64,000 bases of DNA from Chromatiales bacterium (GTDB taxonomy: Bacteria; Pseudomonadota; Gammaproteobacteria; SpSt-1174). The position numbers and the translations under genes are program-made. Below the pieces are notes generated by a model, which was not told where the DNA came from, did not search any database, and saw nothing but the letters and a program-made list of their open reading frames with translations. The stretch lies in the NCBI GenBank assembly GCA_014762505.1, contig JABURS010000018.1:3889-67888 (forward strand). The letters are read 5' to 3'. Positions 1-9,136 of this stretch are shown one piece after another. Numbering within the stretch: the stretch's first letter is position 1; each line of letters begins with the position of its first letter.

Positions 1-58
1 CGACGGATACCGGTGCGCACGAGATCATGATCGTCCACGATGAGGACGCCAATCATAA
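1..58 (-). CDS. gacA: Response regulator, N-terminal fragment (GacA/UvrY-like receiver domain); gene runs off the left edge
   Basis: Reverse complement of 1-58 translates to MIGVLIVDDHDLVRTGIRR, matching the UvrY/GacA N-terminus (MINVLLVDDHELVRAGIRR); start ATG at 56-58. Confidence 0.5.
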
Positions 59-340
59 CCTACTCCCTGAGACCTGCCTTTGGCGTTATGTATGAAAAAC
101 CATGTCCGCCACACGATACCACGATTCAAGCGTGGCGCCCGGCAAACCACCCGATACGGCGCAAGCCCATCGGGCCGTTCTCATTTTACATGCCGGACGG
201 GTTTCAGGTAGCCGTCGGGAGGAAACCCGTCCACCCGGCAGCCTCCTGCACAATGCAGGCCGGCGGCATTCTCAGGACACCCGACACCCCGGGGCCTGCT
301 CACCCGCCGACTTGAGCCAGCCCGGCAGGACGCATCAACA

Positions 341-374
341 AAAAAGGGCGGGGTATCGGCCGATACCCCGCCCC
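341..374 (-). terminator. Rho-independent terminator downstream of yceI
   Basis: GC hairpin gggcggggtatcgg/ccgataccccgccc preceded on + by an A-run (T-run on the minus transcript). Confidence 0.6.
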
Positions 375-404
375 CGTCGTGGCTGGCGACAGACGCGCTG
401 TGGC

Positions 405-983
405 TTACTTGCGCACGCCCTCGATCGACAGAATGATCTCGGCCTCGCGCGACTTCGGGCCCAGCTCATAGTCGATGTTGAAGTCCTTCAGCGCGATGCT
501 GGTGTTGCCCTGGAAGCCGGTGCGATAGCCGCCCCAGGGGTCCTCGCCCTCGCCGACGTGAGTGACGTCGATGCGAACTTCGCGGGTCACGTCCTTCAGC
601 GTCAGGTCGCCGGTCAGCACACCGGTGCCGTCGCCGTTGTCCTTGTAGGCGGTGCTGACGAAGCGCGCGGTCGGGTACTTGCTCACGTCGAAGAAGTCCT
701 TGCCGCGCAGGTGCTTGTCGCGCTCGGCATGGTTGGAGTCGATGCTGGCCACGTCGATGGTCACGTCGATCTTCGACGCCTCGGGCCTCGAAGGGTCATA
801 GGAGAACTCGCCCTCGAAGTCGTTGAAGCGGCCATACAGCCAGCTGTAGCCCAGGTGCTGGATACGGAACTGGATGAAGGCATGCGCGCCCTTGGTGTCG
901 ATCACGTAGTCGGCGGCCGTGGCCAGGCCCGGCACGGACACCGCGAGGGCAAGAACAGCGCCAATCAGGGATTTACGTATCAT
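405..983 (-). CDS. yceI: YceI-family periplasmic polyisoprenoid-binding protein
   Basis: C-terminal 192 aa of ORF 405..1676 (MIRKSLIGAVLALAVS... signal peptide, YceI fold motifs); start ATG at 981-983. Confidence 0.85.
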   Translation of the reverse strand: MIRKSLIGAVLALAVSVPGLATAADYVIDTKGAHAFIQFRIQHLGYSWLYGRFNDFEGEFSYDPSRPEASKIDVTIDVASIDSNHAERDKHLRGKDFFDVSKYPTARFVSTAYKDNGDGTGVLTGDLTLKDVTREVRIDVTHVGEGEDPWGGYRTGFQGNTSIALKDFNIDYELGPKSREAEIILSIEGVRK

Positions 984-1024
984 GCGTCTACTCCTTGGTG
1001 TTGTGAATGAAGCCGCTGTGAAGC

Positions 1025-1564
1025 TCAGGGCCGCAGCATGCGTCGCAGGGTGCGGTCCCTGTTGAAAAAGTGATGCTTGAGCGCCGCCAGGGCATGCAGC
1101 ACGACCAGACCGATGAGTACCCAGGCCAGCCACAGGTGTACGACCCCCGCCACGTCCTCCTGGTTCTCGATGCCCGTGATCGTGGCCGGGACCTCGAACC
1201 AGCCAAACACCTCGATCGGCCGGCCATCGGCCGTGGAGATCAGGTAGCCCGCGAACATGATGGCGAACAGCAGGCTGTACAACGCCAGGTGCACCACGTG
1301 GGCGAGCCGGCGCTCCAGCGGCTTGCCGATCGGGGTCGGGTGGGGATTGACGAGGCGCCAGACCAGCCGCAGGAACACGGCGAGGAACAGCAGGATGCCC
1401 ACCGACTTGTGGATGAAGGGCGCCGTCCGATACCAGTCGTCGTAGTAGGTCAGTTCCACCATCCACAGCCCCAGGGCGAACAGGCCGATCACGGCCAGCG
1501 CCACCAGCCAGTGCAGCAGGATGGCCACCAGGCCATAGCCGTCTGTCGAGTTGCGCCATTGCAT
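1025..1564 (-). CDS. cybB: Cytochrome b561 (CybB family), 4-TM heme protein
   Basis: MQWRNSTDGYGLVAILLHWLVAL... aligns with E. coli CybB (IHWLV motif); GGGAGG RBS upstream; classic cybB-yceI pair. Confidence 0.85.
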   Translation of the reverse strand: MQWRNSTDGYGLVAILLHWLVALAVIGLFALGLWMVELTYYDDWYRTAPFIHKSVGILLFLAVFLRLVWRLVNPHPTPIGKPLERRLAHVVHLALYSLLFAIMFAGYLISTADGRPIEVFGWFEVPATITGIENQEDVAGVVHLWLAWVLIGLVVLHALAALKHHFFNRDRTLRRMLRP

Positions 1565-1678
1565 ACGGACCTCCCTTCGGGGCGACTCCCCAGTCTTCAA
1601 TGGCCCCAGTATCTCTGTTGCGAATTGATATATAAATACCTAGTATTTGAAAAGTCTGTTGCTTTATAGAGAACAATT

Positions 1679-2617
1679 ATGGATCGGCTCGAGGCGATGC
1701 GCAGCTTCGTCAAGGTGGTGGAGGCCGGCAGCGTCTCCGGGGCGGCCGACCGGCTGGGGGTGGCAAAATCCGCGGTCAGCCGGCGGCTGCGGGATCTCGA
1801 GGCCCACCTGGGGGCGGAGCTGGTCCGGCGCACCACCCGGCGACTGGCACTCACCGACAGTGGCCGCGCCTATTACGAGCGCTGCCGGCGCATCCTCGAG
1901 GACGTCAACGAGGCCGAGGAGGCCGTCTCCATCCAGCAGGGGCGTCTGGCCGGCCGGCTACGGGTCGCCGCCCCCCTCTCCTTCGGCCTGCAGCACCTGC
2001 AGCCCGCCATCATCGAGTTCATGCGCAGGCATCCGGACGTGCAGTTCGATCTCGACCTCAACGACCGCCAGGTCGACCTCATGACCGAGGGGCTGGACGT
2101 GGGGGTGCGCATCGCCGACCTGGCCGACTCCAGCCTGATGGCCCGCCGGCTGGCCCCGGTCCGCTCCCTGGTCTGCGCCAGCCCGGGCTACCTGGCCGAA
2201 CGCGGCACGCCCGCCACGCCGGACGCGCTCGCCGATCACGACTGCCTGGTCTACACCAACCAGCCGGACCCCTTCCTGTGGCGTTACCAGGATGAAACGG
2301 GCAGGCCTGGCCACGTGGGCATCCATCCACGGCTGGCCGCGAACAACGGCGACCTCCTCTGCGAGGCCGCAGCAGCCGGCCAGGGCATCCTGCTCACCCC
2401 CACCTTCATCGCCTACCGCGACATCGCCGCAGGGCGCCTGCAGCCCATCCTCACCGGGCTGCGCTGGCCACGGATCAATGCCTACGCGCTCTACCCGCAG
2501 ACCCGCCACCTCTCGGCACGTGTGCGCGCCTTCGTCGACTTCCTCGCCGAGCGCTTCGCGGGCGAACCCTACTGGGATACGGAAATCGGCCAGGCGGAAG
2601 ATGGCCACGGGGACTAG
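1679..2617 (+). CDS. LysR-family transcriptional regulator
   Basis: N-terminal HTH MDRLEAMRSFVKVVEAGSVSGAADRLGVAKSAVSRRLRDLE plus LysR substrate-binding domain; divergent from cybB-yceI. Confidence 0.9.
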   Translation: MDRLEAMRSFVKVVEAGSVSGAADRLGVAKSAVSRRLRDLEAHLGAELVRRTTRRLALTDSGRAYYERCRRILEDVNEAEEAVSIQQGRLAGRLRVAAPLSFGLQHLQPAIIEFMRRHPDVQFDLDLNDRQVDLMTEGLDVGVRIADLADSSLMARRLAPVRSLVCASPGYLAERGTPATPDALADHDCLVYTNQPDPFLWRYQDETGRPGHVGIHPRLAANNGDLLCEAAAAGQGILLTPTFIAYRDIAAGRLQPILTGLRWPRINAYALYPQTRHLSARVRAFVDFLAERFAGEPYWDTEIGQAEDGHGD

Positions 2618-2641
2618 CAGGCCTCCCGCTCGCCGCTCGGG

Positions 2642-3537
2642 CTAGAGGTGCGCCAGTGCCTTCTCGGCGCGCTCGTAACCGAGATCGATCATCTCGCGCG
2701 CACGATGAAAATCGAAGATGCCGCAGGCATTCACCGGGATCTCGATCAGCCCCTGCGGATCGTAGGCCGCCATGCGGAAACGGGTGATGCCGTTCTGCAT
2801 GGTCTCGAGCGAGCGCGAGATGAGATCGAACATGTCATAGGACGGCTGCTGCTTGCCCTCGAAGCCGAGCTTCTGCTGAATGCCCTCGATAAACTCACCG
2901 ATGGCCTTCTGGTAGGGGCCGGGCCGGGTGTCGTCCGAGAAACTGGCCGTGCTGTCCTCATCCATTCCCTCCTCCTCGCGACCGCTGAGACTGACCGCGA
3001 TGGTGAGGTCGCCGCGCTCACGCAGCGTGGGCGCGATGGGCACGGGATTCACCAGGCCGCCATCGACCAGCGTGCGCCCATCGATCACCACCGGGGTGAA
3101 GACGGTGGGGATGGCCATGGAGGCGCGTATCGCATCGAACAATGACCCGCGGCTGAGCCAGACCTCCCGCCCCTTCTCCAGGTCGGTGGCAATGGCCGTG
3201 AAGGCGATCGGCAGGTCCTCGATGTTTGCCTCGCCGAGCATCTCGCGCAGCTCCTTCATCAGGCGGTCGCCGCTGAACAGGCCCGACCAGCTGAAGGCGA
3301 AGTCCAGCAGCTTGAACACGTCGCGCCGGGTCAGGGAGCAGACCCAGTCCTCGTAGAGATCGAGCTTGCCGGCCGCATAGATGCCGCCGACCACCGCCCC
3401 CATCGAACAGCCGGCGATGGAGGTGATGTCGAAGTCGCGGTTCTCCTCCAGCCAGCGGATCACGCCGATCTGCGCGAGCCCGCGGGCCCCGCCGCTGCCA
3501 AGTGCCAGGGCGACGTGTCTGGTCTTTCGCTTGCTCA
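2642..3537 (-). CDS. Patatin-like phospholipase (RssA-like)
   Basis: GSGGARG oxyanion motif, GCSMG (GxSxG) nucleophile, DGG catalytic Asp; true start MSKRKTRH at 3535-3537; upstream ORF extension into the repeats is an artefact. Confidence 0.85.
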
Positions 3538-3627
3538 TGGGTTGGTCCCGCTGTCGGCACATGCCGCGCAACAGACTAGCGCAGACCCGCACACGAATAA
3601 CAGGCCCGAAGGCGTCGGCTGTTTTCC

Positions 3628-4023
3628 GGGCAAAAAAAAGCCGAACCAGTTGGCTCGGCTTTTTGAGTATGGCGTCCCCACGGGGATGACGGGGTGCGTC
3701 CCTGCACCCCGCCCTGCGGGCTGCCGCTTCGCGGCGTGCCCGGCGGCTCCCGGCCGCCGGGTCGAACCCTGGGGTTCGCATCCCCGTGGTTCTGCTTTCT
3801 TTCGGGCAAAGAAAAAGCCGAACCAGTTGGCTCGGCTTTTTGAGTATGGCGTCCCCACGGGGATGACGGGGTGCGTCCCTGCACCCCGCCCTGCGGGCTG
3901 CCGCTTCGCGGCGTGCCCGGCGGCTCCCGGCCGCCGGGTCGAACCCTGGGGTTCGCATCCCCGTGGTTCTGCTTTCTTTCGGGCAAAGAAAAAGCCGAAC
4001 CAGTTGGCTCGGCTTTTTGAGTA
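3628..4023. repeat. Tandem ~177-bp repeat, 2 full copies plus a partial third running into tRNA-Glu; each unit = terminator-like hairpin + 18-bp tRNA-Glu 3'-end core (TGGCGTCCCCACGGGGAT) + ~117 bp GC-rich segment
   Basis: Unit starts at 3628, 3804 and 3981 (periods 176 and 177), copies near-identical; hairpin AAGCCGAACCAGTTGGCTCGGCTTTTT in each copy. Confidence 0.9.
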
Positions 4024-4099
4024 TGGCGTCCCCACGGGGATTCGAACCCCGGTTACCGCCGTGAAAGGGCGGTGTCCTAGGCCTCTAGACGATGGGGAC
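4024..4099 (-). tRNA. tRNA-Glu (anticodon UUC)
   Basis: Reverse complement GTCCCCATCGTCTAGAGGCCTAGGACACCGCCCTTTCACGGCGGTAACCGGGGTTCGAATCCCCGTGGGGACGCCA, near-identical to E. coli tRNA-Glu; 76 nt with CCA. Confidence 0.95.
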
Positions 4100-4126
4100 G
4101 CTGTCCTGCTTGTATCCCGCGCAGGC

Positions 4127-4324
4127 CTATTTGCGCGGTGTACCTATCAACAGTGTGGTGGTGAGCCCTGCGAAGGTCAGCAGGAACCCGACCGGGATGG
4201 TGGCGAGAAAGGGTTTTGCCAGTTCACTGGATCCGGTGAACATGAAGCCGAATCCAACGACAATACCCAGTACTGTGATGATGATTCCGGCTATCACGGC
4301 GAAACGCCCGAAGCGTAACATCAT
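4127..4324 (-). CDS. Small hydrophobic protein (65 aa, two predicted TM helices) between tRNA-Ala and tRNA-Glu
   Basis: ORF MMLRFGRFAVIAGIIITVLGIVVGFGFMF...; GGTGG SD-like motif 5 nt upstream; no recognised homology. Confidence 0.3.
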   Translation of the reverse strand: MMLRFGRFAVIAGIIITVLGIVVGFGFMFTGSSELAKPFLATIPVGFLLTFAGLTTTLLIGTPRK

Positions 4325-4348
4325 CGACCACCATCAAAACCAAAAAGT

Positions 4349-4424
<76 letters not shown>

Positions 4425-4463
4425 ACACGGGAGCGCGCACTTTAAGGCAGTGCGCAGACCTTG

Positions 4464-5891
4464 TCAAGCACCCGACTGGCCATCCGTTACAGAATTTTTC
4501 TCAACGTATTCAATCGCCTTGGCGAGGCGCGCCAGGGTGCGTTCGCGACCCAGCAATTCCAGGGTGATGTCGATCGGCGGCGACACGCCGCCACCGCTCA
4601 CCGCCACGCGCAGGGGCTGTGCAACCTTGCCCAGTTTCAGGTCGAGCTGCTCGCCGGTGGCGATCACCACCCCGTGGATCGGCTCGGCCCGCCACTCGCC
4701 CAGGGCCTCGAAACCGGCCCTGAGGGACTGCAGCACCGCCAGGGCCTCGCCCTTGAAGTTCTTCTGCGCCGCCTTCTCGTCGTAGGCATCGAAATCCGCC
4801 CAGAAGAAGCGGCTGGTCTCGGCCATCTCCACCAGGGTCTTCGAGCGTTCGGCCTGGCACTTCACCACCTCGGCCAGCGGCGGCTCACCGGCGGGGTCCA
4901 CCCCCAGGTTGCCGACGTGCCAGCTGAGATGGCGGGCGACATGCTCGGGGTCGCTGTTCTTCAGATACTGCTGGTTGAGCCACAGCAGCTTTTCCGGATT
5001 GAAGGTGGAAGCCGAGCGGTTCACGTCCTTCAGATCGAAGAGCTCGATCATCTCGTCCAGCGTGAACACCTCCTGGTCGCCATGGGACCAGCCCAGACGC
5101 ACCAGGTAGTTGATCAGCGCCTCGGGCAGAAAGCCCTCGTCGCGATACTGCATCACGCTCACCGCGCCATGCCGCTTGGACAGGCGCTTGCCGTCGGGGC
5201 CGAGGATCATCGGCACGTGGGCATAGTGCGGCAGCTCGGCGCCCAGGGCCTTGAGGATGTTGATCTGGCGCGGGGTGTTGTTGATGTGGTCGTCGCCGCG
5301 GATCACGTGGGTGATCTCCATGTCCCAGTCGTCGACCACCACGGTGAGGTTGTAGGTGGGCGTGCCGTCGCCGCGGGCGATGATGAGATCGTCCAGCTCC
5401 CTGTTCTGGAAGGCGATGCGCCCGCGGATCAGGTCGTCGAAGGCCACCTCCCCGTCCTGCGGGTTGCGGAAGCGCACCACCGGCTCCACGCCTTCGCGCG
5501 GCGTCTGACGGTCACGGCAGCGGCCGTCGTAGCGCGGCTTTTCCTTGCGCGCCATCTGCTCGGTGCGCATCTGCTCCAGCTCTTCCTTGCTGCAGTAGCA
5601 GTAATAGGCGTCCCCCTGGTCCAGCAGCTGCTGGATGACCTCCTTGTACCGGTCGAAGCGCTTGGTCTGGTAGAACGGACCCTCGTCGTACTCCAGGCCC
5701 ATCCAGGTCATGCCCTCGAGAATGGCATTCACCGACTCCTGGGTGGAACGTTCGAGATCGGTGTCCTCGATGCGCAGGACGAAATCACCACCGTGCTTGC
5801 GGGCGAACAGCCAGGAGAACAGCGCGGTGCGGGCGCCGCCGATGTGCAGGTAGCCGGTGGGGCTGGGGGCGAAACGGGTACGTACTTTCAT
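4464..5891 (-). CDS. gltX: Glutamyl-tRNA synthetase
   Basis: [27 protein letters not shown]... HIGH motif, KLSKR motif; start ATG at 5889-5891. Confidence 0.95.
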   Translation of the reverse strand: MKVRTRFAPSPTGYLHIGGARTALFSWLFARKHGGDFVLRIEDTDLERSTQESVNAILEGMTWMGLEYDEGPFYQTKRFDRYKEVIQQLLDQGDAYYCYCSKEELEQMRTEQMARKEKPRYDGRCRDRQTPREGVEPVVRFRNPQDGEVAFDDLIRGRIAFQNRELDDLIIARGDGTPTYNLTVVVDDWDMEITHVIRGDDHINNTPRQINILKALGAELPHYAHVPMILGPDGKRLSKRHGAVSVMQYRDEGFLPEALINYLVRLGWSHGDQEVFTLDEMIELFDLKDVNRSASTFNPEKLLWLNQQYLKNSDPEHVARHLSWHVGNLGVDPAGEPPLAEVVKCQAERSKTLVEMAETSRFFWADFDAYDEKAAQKNFKGEALAVLQSLRAGFEALGEWRAEPIHGVVIATGEQLDLKLGKVAQPLRVAVSGGGVSPPIDITLELLGRERTLARLAKAIEYVEKNSVTDGQSGA

Positions 5892-6016
5892 GGTCTCGGG
5901 ATCAGGGTTTGCAGGGAAGCAGCAGTTTAGCAGAGGGGCGCACCCCGGTGCACCGCAACAGTGGCAAGCGGGGGCAGATGCTTTATCATTTCGCCATTCC
6001 CGGCGATGATGACGAC

Positions 6017-6772
6017 ATGAACTCAACCCAACGCATGGTCTGGCGCTCCTCCGCCTTCACCGACCCCGGCCGCAAACGGGCGCTCAACGAAGATGCCCTG
6101 TTCGAGAACGCCGAGCTGGGCGTCTGGGCGGTGGCCGACGGCATGGGCGGGCACAAGGCCGGCGACGTGGCCAGCCAGACCATCGTCGATTCCCTGCGCC
6201 GCTTTCGCGCCACCGACAGCCTGGCGGCACGCATCGACGCCCTGGAATCGCTGATCCTGGAGGCGAACGCCGATCTGCTGCATCACGTCGACCGCCCCTC
6301 GAGCAAGGACATCATGGGCTCCACCGTGGCCCTGCTGACCGTGTTCCCGCCACTGGGCATCCTGATGTGGGCCGGCGACAGTCGCATCTACCGCCTGCAC
6401 CGGGACCGGCTGGAACGGCTCACCGAGGACCACACCATGGTCCACGAACTGGTCAAGCGCGGGCATCTCAGCGAAGAGGAGGCAGAGACACACCCCTCGG
6501 CCAATATCGTGCTGCGCGCAGTGGGGGGCGACGCCAATCTCAAGCTCGACCTGGAACAGGTGGAGATCGCCAGCGGCGACCGCTTCCTGCTGTGCTCGGA
6601 CGGGCTCTACAAGGACGTCAGCGAGAAAAGGATCGAGTCACTCATGCGCATTCCGGATATCCACGAGTGCAATCACCGCCTGCGACAGGCCGCACTGGAT
6701 GGCGGCGGCAGCGACAACATCACCTGCATCCTGGTCGACTTTCATCGCCGTGACGAGGCAGCCGGGGCATGA
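6017..6772 (+). CDS. PP2C-family Ser/Thr protein phosphatase
   Basis: RALNEDA...VADGMGGH...[11 protein letters not shown]...DGGGSDNIT motifs typical of the bacterial PPM family; start MNSTQRM at 6017. Confidence 0.85.
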   Translation: MNSTQRMVWRSSAFTDPGRKRALNEDALFENAELGVWAVADGMGGHKAGDVASQTIVDSLRRFRATDSLAARIDALESLILEANADLLHHVDRPSSKDIMGSTVALLTVFPPLGILMWAGDSRIYRLHRDRLERLTEDHTMVHELVKRGHLSEEEAETHPSANIVLRAVGGDANLKLDLEQVEIASGDRFLLCSDGLYKDVSEKRIESLMRIPDIHECNHRLRQAALDGGGSDNITCILVDFHRRDEAAGA

Positions 6773-7038
6773 ATGCGCCGCTCGTCATTCGTCGCCGGCA
6801 GACACCCCTGCGGGCGCTGGCCACCCGTTATGCCAACGAAGAAATCAGCCGGGAAGACTACCTGGTCGAGCGTCGGCGCCTGCTCAACTGCATCGAGCGC
6901 GAGCTACGCGCGTCCGCCGCTCCGGGGCGCGTCGGCCGGTCCTGCCAGCCCGAGGTCACCCCGGGCCAGGGCAACCGCTGGGTGGTGCTGCTCATCGCCG
7001 GCGTGATACTGATCTCGCTGCTACTGCTCTTGCGCTGA
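6769..7038 (+). CDS. Small membrane-anchored protein (89 aa) with SHOCT-like EEISREDYLVERRRLL motif and C-terminal TM helix; start overlaps PP2C stop (ATGA)
   Basis: ORF 6769..7038; translational coupling with the phosphatase; hydrophobic C-terminus VVLLIAGVILISLLLLL. Confidence 0.45.
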   Translation: MNAPLVIRRRQTPLRALATRYANEEISREDYLVERRRLLNCIERELRASAAPGRVGRSCQPEVTPGQGNRWVVLLIAGVILISLLLLLR

Positions 7039-7052
7039 ACGCCCTGCCCGGC

Positions 7053-7937
7053 TCAGGCCTCGCAGACGAATCCGATCTGCCCCTCCGGGCCCGCCTTGCG
7101 CTCACCGAGATAGACGGTGCCACTGCCCCAGAGATCCAGCTCCTGATGCTTGAGGAACACCTCCTTGCCGTTCTGGAAGCGCACGTAGCTGCCATTGCGG
7201 CTCTGATCGACCAGCACGAACTTTCCCTGGCGGTATTCGAAGCGCGCATGGAAGCGGGAGACGAGATTTCCCTCGGCGATGATGTCGGACTGGGGGCTGC
7301 GCCCGGCGATCATGGCGCTGGTCTTGGCCGAGACACGCCAGTCGCGGTCGCGATACGTCAGGCGCAACACCCCGCTGGCCAGCCCGCCCTGCTCGTGCGT
7401 ATCGGCCAGGCTGCCGAAATCGTTCTGGTCGCAGACCAGCTCGTAGACCGCCTGGTCGTCCTGCGGGGACAGGCGTTCGGGCAGCTCATAGACCATCTGC
7501 CGAAAGACGGGCGACAGGTGCTCGGCCGTGTCCTCGGTGAGCAATATCTGCTTGCGACCAGCCAGCGCGGCGATCTGTGCGGCGCCGGTGAACACGGGGG
7601 CGCCAAAGGGGTCGTCCCCCAGGGGGATGACGCCAAAGTGCATCCCCATGCGGTACATCACCTGTGTCTGACCGATGCCCAGCGAGGTCTCGAACAGGCC
7701 CTGTATGTCGCAGGCGGCACGCACCGCTTCGTCCGGTGTGGGAAAACGCATCAAGAGGGTGTTGCCGCCCATGCGCAAGGGCTGACCGCCGTGGTGGCGA
7801 CCGGTCTGCATCACGCGTTCCACGCAGGGGTCGTCCTGCGCGCCGACATTGGCAAGGTCCACGCCCGAATCGTTGACGCTGATCCGCTCACGCAGATCGA
7901 TGGACATCACAACCCCTTCCAGCTGATCGACGGTCAT
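7053..7937 (-). CDS. FHA-domain protein with N-terminal degenerate class-III nucleotidyl-cyclase-like domain
   Basis: C-terminal FHA signature (GRSPQSDIIAEGNLVSRFHARFEY...LVDQSRNGSYV); N-terminal RMGMHFGVIPLGDDPFG and GGNTLLMRF resemble the cyclase homology domain but lack the second metal-binding Asp. Confidence 0.7.
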   Translation of the reverse strand: MTVDQLEGVVMSIDLRERISVNDSGVDLANVGAQDDPCVERVMQTGRHHGGQPLRMGGNTLLMRFPTPDEAVRAACDIQGLFETSLGIGQTQVMYRMGMHFGVIPLGDDPFGAPVFTGAAQIAALAGRKQILLTEDTAEHLSPVFRQMVYELPERLSPQDDQAVYELVCDQNDFGSLADTHEQGGLASGVLRLTYRDRDWRVSAKTSAMIAGRSPQSDIIAEGNLVSRFHARFEYRQGKFVLVDQSRNGSYVRFQNGKEVFLKHQELDLWGSGTVYLGERKAGPEGQIGFVCEA

Positions 7938-7954
7938 GCGTTGGCCGGCTCCGG

Positions 7955-8593
7955 TCAGTACTTTCGTTCGAGTTCCATGACGGTATCGGACTTGCTCCAG
8001 TGCAGCCGGTCCAGGAAGGACAGCCCCAGCAGCACCTCGGAGGGGCTGCCGCCCTCGAGCACGATGGCGTCGACATTGGTCAGTTCGATGTCGCCCACCT
8101 TCACCCGGTCGAGTTTGACCTGGTAACCGGTCGTCACGCCGTTGGCCGTGGAGACACCGATCTGGCGGCCCGACTTGTAGTTCAGCCCGATGCTGCGGGC
8201 ATGGCCGGAATTCATGGCCACCGAACTCGCCCCGGTGTCCACCAGGAAGTGGACCATGGTGCCGTTGATGAAGCCGTTCGTCTCGAACATGTTGCGCGTC
8301 GAACGGTAGATCTGATGTTTCTTGCCCGGTCCCGGTGCCGTGTAATTGGCACCGATATGGGTACCGAGCCGGTATTCCACCTGTTTGCCGTCGATCTCGA
8401 ACACCGCCTTCTCACTGTCGGCATCGACGAGCATCACGCCCTGCGGACTGGTCTCGCCCCGGGACAGCACCATGCGCTCACCATCGATCTTGACCACGGC
8501 CTTGCCCGGGAACAGGCCCACCACCGTGATGTCGGCCGCCATCAGCGGCAGCACCAGGATCATGCCGACAAACAGGACCAACAGACGTTTCAT
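7955..8593 (-). CDS. Retropepsin-like (clan AA) aspartic protease, TIGR02281-like, signal peptide/TM anchored
   Basis: N-terminal hydrophobic segment; active-site LVDTGAS motif; C-terminal LLGLSFL flap-like motif. Confidence 0.75.
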   Translation of the reverse strand: MKRLLVLFVGMILVLPLMAADITVVGLFPGKAVVKIDGERMVLSRGETSPQGVMLVDADSEKAVFEIDGKQVEYRLGTHIGANYTAPGPGKKHQIYRSTRNMFETNGFINGTMVHFLVDTGASSVAMNSGHARSIGLNYKSGRQIGVSTANGVTTGYQVKLDRVKVGDIELTNVDAIVLEGGSPSEVLLGLSFLDRLHWSKSDTVMELERKY

Positions 8594-8632
8594 GCCCCTC
8601 TCCTCACAGCTTCGCGCGGCATCCCGCCACCA

Positions 8633-9136
8633 TCAGCCCGCAGCATAACTTGCCCAGCCCCAGGCGGCCAGTTGCAGGCCGGCCAGGGAGAAGAGTCCCG
8701 CGATCACGTCGTCGAGCATGATGCCGAGCCCGCCGTGCACGTGCCGGTCGAACCAGCGTATGGGCCAGGGCTTGACCGCGTCGAAGAACCGGAACAGGAC
8801 AAAGCCCAGCAGCAGCCATGTCCACCCGGCCGGCGCGGCCAGCAGGGTGATCCACAGGCCGACGAACTCGTCCCAGACGATGCCCGGGTGATCGTGCACG
8901 CCCAGGCGCCGCGCCGATTCGCCGCACAACCACAACCCCAGCAGCGTCGCCAGCAACACCACCGCGAGATAGCCCCACCACGGCAGCGGCTCCATGAGCA
9001 GGTAGAGCGGGACGGCCGCGAGCGTCCCCCAGGTACCGGGGGCGGGCCGGATCAGGCCACTGCCGAAGCCGAAGGCGAGAAGATGCACCGGGTCGCGGAA
9101 TATCTCGCGCGGCGTGACGGGGGGATAGCGCTTCAT
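8633..9136 (-). CDS. pgpA: Phosphatidylglycerophosphatase A
   Basis: HLLAFGFGSGL...GTWGTLAA...GVHDHPGIVWDEFVG...KPWPIRWFDRHVHGGLGIMLDD aligns with E. coli PgpA. Confidence 0.9.
   Translation of the reverse strand: MKRYPPVTPREIFRDPVHLLAFGFGSGLIRPAPGTWGTLAAVPLYLLMEPLPWWGYLAVVLLATLLGLWLCGESARRLGVHDHPGIVWDEFVGLWITLLAAPAGWTWLLLGFVLFRFFDAVKPWPIRWFDRHVHGGLGIMLDDVIAGLFSLAGLQLAAWGWASYAAG

Noticed and set aside
40-1010. ORFs 40..315+ and 102..1010+
   Set aside because: No homology. They overlap the yceI terminator and the yceI gene on the opposite strand, consistent with the gacA/yceI intergenic region.
405-1676. 423-aa ORF on the minus strand
   Set aside because: Only the C-terminal 192 aa is YceI. 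The upstream part overlaps cybB in another frame and has no homology, so I split it into yceI (405-983) and cybB (1025-1564).
3686-3803. 117-bp unique part of the repeat unit as a tRNA pseudogene
   Set aside because: It shares only the 18-nt 3' core with tRNA-Glu, contains one T-arm-like GGGTTCGACCC, and I could not fold a cloverleaf. I treat it as an att-like core rather than a tRNA copy.
3538-3958. N-terminal extension of the patatin ORF (438-aa frame) with the duplicated peptide MRTPGFDPAAGSRRARRE...
   Set aside because: The duplication simply reflects translation through the 177-bp DNA repeats. The true start MSKRKTRH is at 3535-3537.
3628-4023. CRISPR array
   Set aside because: The repeats are about 177 bp with no unique spacers, and no cas genes are present. 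This is not a CRISPR array.
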